25,577 bases of DNA, taken from Fonticula alba ATCC 38817 (lineage: Eukaryota > Protista > Nucleariida). A program made the translations under genes and the position numbers. Positions within the stretch are counted from its first letter, which is position 1; each line of letters opens with the position of its first letter. The stretch lies in the NCBI GenBank assembly GCA_000388065.2, contig KB932201.1; one strand, 5' to 3'. Below, one piece after another: positions 11,678 to 20,577 of this stretch. Under the pieces are notes generated by a model that was given only the letters and a program-made list of their open reading frames with translations, made no database searches and was not told where the DNA came from.

Positions 11678-12543
11678 TCAGGGGATGGCGAGGAGCGGGT
11701 TGTAAACGTACACTTCGGGCTGTCCATTGCTGGCAGACGCCCTTGAGCCCTCGGCCGAGAACCGCAATGAGAAGGACGTGTTGGCGATCTTGGTCGCGGG
11801 CAGATATGCGGTCAGTGGTCAAAGGACCAGGTCGACGCCGAGCATGAGCATGCATCCGCCCCCCCCCCCCCCCCTGGCTCAAGCCTCCCTCGGGCGTGGC
11901 TTTTGACGCACCTTCTTCTCCAGACGCGCGAGCCGGGTTCCGGTGGCGATTGTCCGGCCGGAAAGCGTCGCCAGCTGTCAAATCCAGGCGCGAGTGGCGG
12001 TCAGAGGGTCAGGCGCGCAACCAATGGGCCAGGAGGAATGGTCGCCCGCGTACCTGGCGCTGACTCGAGTGGATGTCAGCTGCGAGCGAGTTCAGCTGCG
12101 AGTCCACTGCGGGGAGCTTCTGCTGGGCGACATCGCGGAAGGATGTCTCAAGGTTGTCTCTGTACGAGGGGGGGGGGAGGCAGGCAAATCAGTCGACAGC
12201 AGGCGGCTCCCGGGCAGCAAGCACCCCCGGTGGGCACATGGGCAAGCGGCGAGGGAGGAAGGATGATGGCAGGGTGGAAGGGGAGACAGGGGCCGCCGCC
12301 GGCTGGCCGGACCCCAGGGCGGGAGAGGCCAACGCACACCCATTCATGAATCTCCTCACGACGGGAGTCCAGATCCTGTGTCCGGGCGGAATAGGCAAAA
12401 CAGATGGTCAGCATGGGTAGCAACACGCGGCAAGATGGCCCAATATCCCGGACCTTCTCGAGGCGTTCCGCCAGCGTCGGATTCGAGAGGAGGGCAAAGC
12501 CCGCCGCGGGCAGCGAGGAGGATGCCACAGGAGGAGCGGCCAT
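11678..12543 (-). CDS. Small coiled-coil protein, Snapin/Pallidin-like (BLOC-1/BORC subunit candidate), 135 aa; exons 12543..12454, 12375..12338, 12159..12054, 11974..11912, 11788..11678
   Basis: Four GT-AG introns (78, 178, 79, 123 nt; donors GTCCGG, GTGCGT, GTACGC, GTGCGT; CTGAC/CTGAT branch-like motifs) splice in frame to MAAPPVASSSLPAAGFALLSNPTLAERLEKDLDSRREEIHEWVDNLETSFRDVAQQKLPAVDSQLNSLAADIHSSQRQLATLSGRTIATGTRLARLEKKIANTSFSLRFSAEGSRASASNGQPEVYVYNPLLAIP*. Length and motifs (GF..L.NP, E.VDNL.T, RL.RL...IA) resemble Snapin as I recall it. The gene model is firmer than the family call. Confidence 0.7.
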
Positions 12544-13906
12544 CTGGGGAGGAGAAAGAGCAGGCAAGGCGGAGCGAGGNNNNNNNNNNNNNNNNNNNNN
12601 NNNNNNNNNNNNNNNNNNNNNNNNNNNNNNNNNNNNNNNNNNNNNNNNNNNNNNNNNNNNNNNNNNNNNNNNNNNNNNNNNNNNNNNNNNNNNNNNNNNN
12701 NNNNNNNNNNNNNNNNNNNNNNNNNNNNNNNNNNNNNNNNNNNNNNNNNNNNNNNNNNNNNNNNNNNNNNNNNNNNNNNNNNNNNNNNNNNNNNNNNNNN
12801 NNNNNNNNNNNNNNNNNNNNNNNNNNNNNNNNNNNNNNNNNNNNNNNNNNNNNNNNNNNNNNNNNNNNNNNNNNNNNNNNNNNNNNNNNNNNNNNNNNNN
12901 NNNNNNNNNNNNNNNNNNNNNNNNNNGGGAAAAGAGACCCGGGCCGAAGGAGGGGCGCGGCAAATAGGAGGGGGGGGGGTGCAAGGCTAGAATGGGAACG
13001 GAGGCTGTTGGTGCACGGTGAGTGTCTGCCGGCGGGGACGGGGCCTTTGGACGATCGGATCTACCAACGAATGCTCGCCCGTGATTTGCACCTGATCCTC
13101 GAGTGCCATTTGGTTCTTCCCCAGGAGATACACTCCAGCACCATATCCCGGGCGTACGCACGAGGACCATCGTGCTCGGGTCTGGTGCTGGTGTGGTGCG
13201 TGGAGTGGGGGGGGGGGCGGGGGGCATACCCATTGTATCCGGCCGCAGGTCACTTCCCGGGGGAGAGGGGGTCCGTTCGCATGTACCCGGGGGATCAAAG
13301 GCAGGGGTCCTTGCACCCGCGAGGTGGTGCACACGAGGTCGGCCATCTTCCACCTGGCCGCGCGGGAACGGCCCCCCCCCTTTCCCCTCGGTGTTTCGCC
13401 CTGACTTCGGGTGGAGTGTTTTTGGCGTGTGCGGTCGCCCTTTTGTCCCGCCTCCGCTTGTCGCCTTGCGCCAGGCCGTGTCCCGCGGCCGCGAGCACAT
13501 GGCCCTCGCCCCCGGGGGCGGTCCCAGCACTCAGGGCACACGCGCTTACACGCGGCAGGCCCGGCGGCAGATCGAGTTGCCCGCTCTCTTTCTCTCGTGG
13601 GGGGTGGGCATAGGGGGGCATGTGCGTGTGTGTGTGTGTGAGGGGGGGGGGGGCGGGGGGCGAGTGGAGCAGGTTCTGGCGAGTCGGAGGCACCGCTGAC
13701 AGCAACAGCGCATGGCTGCTTCCACGCCCGTGTCCAGGCGTCTCCCCTGTCCGTTTCCCTGCGCGTTGTCACGCCTGAATGGCCCAAGAGAGGGCACCTG
13801 CCGAGATCCGGGACCACACCGTCTCCATCTGCGTGTCGCTCCTCCCCCTCCTCCCCCCCCTCTCCCCCCGCCCACACCTATACACACATACATCGCTACA
13901 CCTGCC

Positions 13907-13938
<32 letters not shown>

Positions 13939-14018
13939 CGCACACACGAACCTGCCTGCCCGCTCGCTCTCGATCGGACCTGCCCCCGCCCTCTCCCCCT
14001 CCTCGACACCCTTCAACC

Positions 14019-17000
14019 ATGTCCGAGAAGACTTCCCTCCACTCCTTCCACTCTTCCGGGACGCTGCTGGCCCTGGTGTCCCCGGACAACCGCATCTACG
14101 TGCGTCGGCNNNNNNNNNNNNNNNNNNNNNNNNNNNNNNNNNNNNNNNNNNNNNNNNNNNNNNNNNNNNNNNNNNNNNNNNNNNNNNNNNNNNNNNNNNN
14201 NNNNNNNNNNNNNNNNNNNNNNNNCCCCCCCCCCCGCTCCCCTCCATCGTCCTCTACTAACTCCTCATGCCTCATCACTGCGACACAAACAGATCTGGGA
14301 TGTCCTCACCTCGACCATCAAGTTCGAGTATGCCTCCAAGAACCATCTGATCGAGAAAATCACCTCCCTCTCTTGGGGCTTCTGCGTACGCCACCCCGCC
14401 GCCCGTTTGCGGCCCCCCTTCTCCTCAGCCCCTTCGCAATGTCCCTCTGGCATTGACCCCCACCCCCCTATCATTGCGACCAGACTGCCGGCGGCAAGCG
14501 CTCGCGCGAGGGGAAGACCGCCGCCAAGGACATCTGCCTGGCCTTTGGCACCAGCACCGGCTCGGTCTACGTCCTGAGCGTCCCGCGCGCTGAGATTGTC
14601 AACACTTTCTCCAGGTGCGCTCACCCTGACACCCGATCGCGCGGTTGCTTCGCGCATGTGCATCTCTGTGTGTGTGTGTATGTCTCGGCCAAGCGGCTTG
14701 GACTGACCCCCTTTCCCCCCCCCCCCCCCCACCACCACCCAGCATGCACCCCGACGCCGTGAGCTCTATCGAGTTCGAGCATGACAGCCCGACCGCCTAT
14801 TCGCTCGGTGTGTCCGGATCCGTGTGTCATTGGAACGCTGCCACTGGCAAGACCCTCTCGTGCGTGATGTGGCCCACCCGACTGTTGCCACTCTCGCAGG
14901 TCCACGTGTCTCACATATGTCCTTCCCCCCTCTCTCTCCCCCCCCCCCTCTCTCTCTCCCCCCTGGCAGTTCTTCCAAGGTGGACTCGACCAACATGAGC
15001 GCCCTTGCCTTGTCCTCGAGCAGCGAGCAGATTGCTCTGGCCTCCTCCAACATCAAGCTCTCCCCCAAGGCCGACCTCGCTGCTGTCTCTCAGGTGTGTG
15101 TTTGCGTGGGCGTACATGCTCATCCTCCCCTCCTCCCCCCCCCCTTGCATCTCCTCCTTCCTTCCTGGCTGGCGCTAACTCCTGCCTTGCCGTTCTCGGG
15201 ACTAGTCCTTCACCGGCCATGTGAGCCCTGTGTCCCGGCTGCGCTTCTCCCCGAGCGCCGGCCACCTCCTGTCGATGGCCTCGCAGGATCGCTCAATCTC
15301 CGTCTGGGACACTGCTTCTGGTGCTCGAGTTGCCGGTGCGTGTCCCTTCCCCTGGCAGCCAGCCGGCCACTGGCCCGCTGGCCCTCTTCCCATCCCCGGT
15401 GTTAACCCCCTCGCCCACATTTGTCCGTGATATTCAGGCCTCTCCATGACCTCGGTTCCCGTGTCTTTCGACGTGATCCGCTCTCCGGTCGAGGGTGACA
15501 ATGCCCCGATCCATGTCGCCACTATCACCGAAACCGGTGAGGTGCATGTCTTCAATGTTGCCCTCTCTGGCAAGGAGTCCGGCGGCAAGCCCAAGCGTGC
15601 CACCATCAACCCGGCGGCGACCTTTGACTTCCGTGACCAGTCCAATCGTATGTTGGCGATTGTCTCTCCTTCTTGGCATGTGTTATCTCTTCATGGCCGG
15701 CCTGGCACTGACCTCGGGTTCTCCCTTTTCTCTCTCTCTCTCTCTCTCTCTCCCCCCTTCGACCATGGTACACTTGGTGCATGGTTCAGAGCTCAACCAG
15801 AGCGCCAAGCGTCACACCTCCACCGATTCGCGCATTCCCGTCCTGGCGGTTTGCTTCGCGCAGGAGGGTCGCCGCCTGCTTCTGGCCCGCGGCTCCATCA
15901 ACCGCATCGTCTTCGAGGAGATCGTACGTGCCCGCATGCGCCCGCACGCGCCCCCCCCCCCCTCCACATATTCCCGTCTCTTCCCATTCTAATTGTTCGC
16001 CACCTCTGACTTGTGTCTCATTGGCCTCGCTGGGGCCTGTGATCTATTCTCTCTCTCTCTCTCTCTCCCCCCCTCCCCTCCCCCCCACAGCAATATGTCA
16101 CCAGCGACAACAAGTTCATCCCCAGTGGCAGCTTCATGCGGATGCCGACCGTGCTCGATGGCGCGTCGACCGCCCCTCGCGTGGTCCAGTCTGTCTCGGT
16201 GGATGGCGACAAGAAGGCCGTCAAGGTGATCGATGCCACCTTCGTGTCGGTCGCCCGGCCCTCGGCACAGGAGCGCCTGGACACGCGTTCCCTGTCGGAG
16301 CGCATCAAGGAGGTGCAGATGGTGGAGGCGGCCATGCCGGCCGGTAGCCAGCCGCTGGTCATGCCGGAGGGTGGTGCCGGCGGCCGCGGCGCGTCCAAGT
16401 CGCACTCGCTGGCGGTGGTTTTGTCGCAGGCGCTGCATTCGCAGGACCAGCAGCAGCTGGCCTTTGTTTTTGAGCAGACCAGCCAGCAGCTGGTGGAGAA
16501 CACCATCCGCAAGCTCCCCACCAGCCACATCCTGCTGCTGATCAAGGCCCTGGTCGAGCGCTTCCAGAACAAGCCCACCCGCGGCCAGAAGCTCATCATC
16601 TGGCTGCGCGCCACCCTGGTCATCCACTCTTCCTACCTGATGACTGTCCCGGATCTGGTCACCCGCCTTGGCCCGCTGTACGCCCTCGTGGATAGCCGTC
16701 TGAGCAGCTTCAAGCGTCTGCTTCGTCTGTCCGGCCGTCTTGACCTGATTGTGTCGCAGATTGCCCAGGCCAGCCAGGACCATGATGAGGATGCCTTCTC
16801 CTCGAGCGCGACCTTTACCCTGAACGGTGCGCCCGCCTGTCACATTTCCCCATGCCTGCTGCCGTTTCCCCACTCTTTTGCCGTTGCTCCTCCTCGCCGA
16901 GGCGACAGTGCCCTCGAGAAGGGGGGGGGGGGGCGAGTGGGACCTGGTCCATATTTCTTGCTCTGCCCCCCCCCCTCTGGAGGATCTGCCCTCCCCACCG

Positions 17001-17509
17001 CACCTTTCTTTCGCCCCTCGAACCTGGTTAGAATGATGCCCTCCGGTCACTGACACACCAGCGCACGCGTTTTTGCCGCATTCATACGCCCCAGAGTCCG
17101 ACGATGATGGCGACATCTCCGAGGAGGATCTGACCGAAAGCGTCCTCCGTGGTGAGGACGACGAGGAGAACGATGACGACCTGGACATTGTTGATGTGCG
17201 TAGTCCCTGGTTCTGTCCCTCTCTGGCTGTCTGGCTCTGCCCCCCTTCCCCTCTCCCTTTTCTTCCTTTTGTTGCCGGGCACGGTTCTTCTGCTGTGCTC
17301 CTCTTTCCACCCCCTCCTGCCTGCACTCTCCCCCTTGTGCCGGCGTGGTCTGGCAAGCACTCTACTGACGACGCTCCCTGCATGTCTTCCTCCTATACGC
17401 ACCGGTTCCTTCTTGCCACCCAAAGAACACCCTGCGGGAGGGTATCGACTATGACCCGGCCGACTATGACGATGACACCCAGATGGACGACGACGAATTT
17501 GACATGTAG
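14019..17509 (+). CDS. UTP5: U3 snoRNP/SSU processome t-UTP subunit Utp5/WDR43 (WD40 + Utp12 domain + acidic tail), ~646 aa; exons 14019..14099, 14293..14385, 14484..14614, 14743..14859, 14970..15093, 15206..15335, 15438..15647, 15790..15923, 16091..16826, 17095..17195, 17426..17509
   Basis: All ten introns are GT-AG with matching phases. WD40-like segments: IWDVLTSTIK..KITSLSWG, LAFGTSTGSVYV, FTGHVSPVSRLRFSP..SISVWD. Utp12-type C-terminal domain: SLAVVLSQALHSQD..VENTIRKLP..WLRATLVIHSSYL..RLSGRLDLIVSQI. D/E-rich tail. Confidence 0.92.
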
Positions 17510-17660
17510 ACTAGCCTTTTTCTTTTGAGATCTGAGCGCGTGTGTGCGCGCGTGCACAAAAGACAGCGGGCGAGGGGGGCCCGGCCATGCTCTCTTTCTT
17601 CTTTCTCCCTCCTCTCTCCCTCTCGGCCGGACCCCCTCTCCTCGGGGCTTCCCCCTTCAC

Positions 17661-17666
17661 AATAAA
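17661..17666 (+). promoter_or_regulatory. Candidate polyadenylation signal AATAAA for UTP5
   Basis: AATAAA ~150 nt after the UTP5 stop, in otherwise GC-rich sequence between convergent genes. Confidence 0.35.
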
Positions 17667-18594
17667 AATCCCCTTCATGATGGAGTTAGGTGTGTGCGTC
17701 ATGTCGCATGCGCGCTTTTCAGTGGCTCGGGGCTCTCGGGCGCCGAGGGGGGCCATGTGCCATACTTCTCCGAGCAAGGGAAGGCGGCGTTGACAGGCAT
17801 AAATGGACCGGATGGGGCATCGCATGTGCCCCCGACCGCTGGCATGCCTCCTTTACCTGGGCATTTTTCCGGGCCTCGCATCTGCTTGCCGGGTGTTTCT
17901 CCGGGGCTTCCCCTCGCCGGCCGCGCATGCGCATGTGAGACATGTGGGTGTACACCTCAGCAGATGCATGCACATGCGCGTCGCAAAAGCCACGCGTGCG
18001 TCCCCCAAGAGGCTTTGGGTTTTGTTTGTTTATTTGTTTTCCCGCCAGACACCGGGGAACGAGAATATATACATGCTCCGCCGCGCGTACATGAGGAGGG
18101 AGGAGGGGAGGAGCGGGCAATGTGCCGCCTACCGAGTCTGACACACAAGGACGCGCACCAGCGACAACCGCGACGCGCGATGGGATAGAAAACGGAGAGA
18201 GAGAGAGAGAGAGAGTGGGGTGGGGTGGAGGGGTGGAGGGGGGGGGGGGAGGCTACGCGAGCCGACATGCTTAGCTCAGCCCGCCCTCCCCCCGACGCCT
18301 TTCCCTGAGGGGTGAGAGCAGGAGCGTAGGAGGGGGGGGGGGGAGGGGGGCGAGAGGGACGCGTGTCGACACAACAAGGACAAAATGCGGAGGAGGATCC
18401 CCCAGCCGGCGCATGCTCATGTGCGTGTGTGCGTACACGCCGGAGCCCCGCCGCCAAGAGAAGAGGAGCGGGGCACACAAGGACAAGTCCACCCCTGTCC
18501 GGCATCGAGAAAGAGGAAGGGAGAAAGAGGAGATAAATGGGGGAGAGGGAGAGAAAGCCATGGGCGATCGTGTCGGTGTTTTGCCCACGCGACT

Positions 18595-20076
18595 CTAGTC
18601 CACTTCGTCAAAGCGGTTCAGGAGGCGATAGCTGAGTTCGAAGCCGGCCAGAAGGGCGGCGTTGGCGGGGAAGGCACGGAGGACGGCCGCCGAGCAGCCC
18701 CGGTAGAAGGTCCGGATGCCCTCCTGCTGATAGAGGGTGGCGATGGTGCGGAAGAGGGGCATCTTGCCGGAGGAGGACTGCGACCGGGACTTGATTACGT
18801 CCACCGGGAAGACGCAAGACCAGGCCACCATGCCGGCCAGGCCACCGGACACAAAGAGCTCCGCCGGGTTCATGTCGTCCTTGGTCTTGCCGCCGGCGTA
18901 GGAGATACCGGCGCAAATGGCCTGTCGCGGATGTGCGCGCGCATATGCGTGCGGGGAGAGAGCACCGCATACCGCCGGGCGAAGGGAAGGCAGGCGGCTT
19001 AGTCATGGAGCGAGGTGGGAGGGGGGGGGGGGGGGGGGGGGGAGCCGGGGTGGGGGACAAGAAAGAAAGACACACGGGGGCCGTAGCCCCCCCCCCCCCC
19101 CCCCAGCATGCGAGGGTGGGCCCGGCCCCGGCAATCGGCGTACCTCGTAACTGCCCAGGAACAGGAAGTTGAAGGGGATGTCACGCATCCAAAGACTGGG
19201 CAGGCCGCGGAAGAAGCCGGCCGGGCCCGAGGTGCGGAAAACATCCCGAGCGACGGCCAGCGGGGAAAGCCCCTTGGCAGCGACACTGGTCTGAAGGCGA
19301 ACCTTGAGCACCTCGGCTGGGCAGATGGCGGTCGAGGAGAAGACACCGGCGAAGCCGCCAGCAATGGCGCACTGTTGTCGGGAGGGGGGAGGGGGGGGGG
19401 ACCAGAAAGAGCCAGCGCGAGCAGGCAATCGGGCCAAGCAGGGAGAAGACCGTCAGTCATGGCCAGCCAACAGCAGGAGGGCGTATGGCCGGGGCAGGTG
19501 CGAGGGAAGGGCGAGATGGCTGACCACATCGCATCGGTGACGTACCTGCGCGAGGGAGAGCTCCTCGTCCTCGCGGACAAAGCCGTTGGACACCATGGCC
19601 CTCTTGATGGCGGCGTTGGCTGTGAAGAGAACCATATTCTCGGTGACGATACTCATGAGGGCGGCGGAGCTGCCCTTGTAGACGGCACACATGCTTTCAT
19701 TGCGCACGGTCTTCACCAGGCAGTCGATGGGGTTGCGGTAGGTGGCCGCCGGGGCGGTTTGCATGCGAACTTTGATGGTATCGAAGGGCTGCCCGGCGTA
19801 GACGCAGCAAACGCCGCCGGCCAGGCCGGACACCGTGCTGTACCACCATTTGGGGGCGGCGGCCGCGGCCACGGCACTCGTGGTGGCCGATCGGGCGAGC
19901 TCATCCTGCTGGGCATCCTCGAAGGCGCCGGACAATGAGTGAATCCCGCTGTCCGGGGAGTGCTGCGAATTGGGGGGACTACTGCCGGGCTTCGTCATGG
20001 CCGAGTTTGGCTGAAGTGGGGTGGACGTGGGGGTGGGGCAGACGAATTCGGGCGCGGCGGACGCTGTAGAGGGCAT
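18595..20076 (-). CDS. SLC25A15: Mitochondrial carrier (SLC25), ornithine/basic amino acid carrier type, ~361 aa; exons 20076..19546, 19371..19144, 18921..18595
   Basis: Three PX[DE]XX[KR]X[KR] signatures (PFDTIKVR, PAEVLKVR, PVDVIKSR) and two phase-0 introns (GTACGT..AG, GTACGC..AG). Segments YKGSSAALMSIVTENMVLF, FLGSYE, KDDMNP..SGG and RAFPANAAL match ORNT1/ORT1-type carriers as I recall them. About 75-aa S/P/A-rich N-terminal extension. Confidence 0.88.
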
Positions 20077-20481
20077 AGTCGTCGCGGTGTTTTTTTTTGT
20101 GTTTTTCTTTTCCGAGAGGGTGGGATGGATCTGAAGGGGGGGAGGCTCAGGTGACGCTCTGCTGTTGTTGTTGTTGTTGTTGTTGTTTTTGTTGCTGGAC
20201 GGGAGGGGAGGGGAGGAGAACGGAGGGGGGCAGGCGGGCAACGCTGTCACGAAGAGACGGGGGGGGGGGAGAGGTGTCGCTATCCGAGTGGGGGGGGGGG
20301 GCAGGAAGCGGCACGCGCGCTTACTGTGTTATTAAGTGCTGGCTGAGGCAGTGGGCAGCACTCAGGTCGCGGGTACGACTGTCAGAGCGGAGAGTGTAGA
20401 AGTAGAGGAATGAAACAGATGGGGAGTGCAATCCGCCAACCATCCGGGTGGGGAGAAGCCGAAGCAAGAAGGCGGGTGTGT

Positions 20482-20577
20482 CTGGGGGGATTGGTACGGC
20501 AGGGCAGCGAGCGTGGCGGCAGGATGTCAGCTTCGGATTGCGGGTGTTTGGCAGGGACCAAATGCAGAAGGACGTAC
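20482..20577 (-). other. Probable 5'-leader intron (96 nt) upstream of the mitochondrial carrier
   Basis: CAG|GTACGT donor at 20577, GCTGAC branch motif (20531..20526) and C-run-CAG acceptor at 20482 follow the same grammar as the coding introns. A second donor (GTAAGC at 20324) lies downstream. Confidence 0.6.

Noticed and set aside
15989-17383. 464-aa antisense ORF over UTP5, and similar antisense ORFs over the IDR, carrier and ABCG genes
   Set aside because: These are shadows of C/G-ending codon usage on the coding strand, with no motifs of their own.
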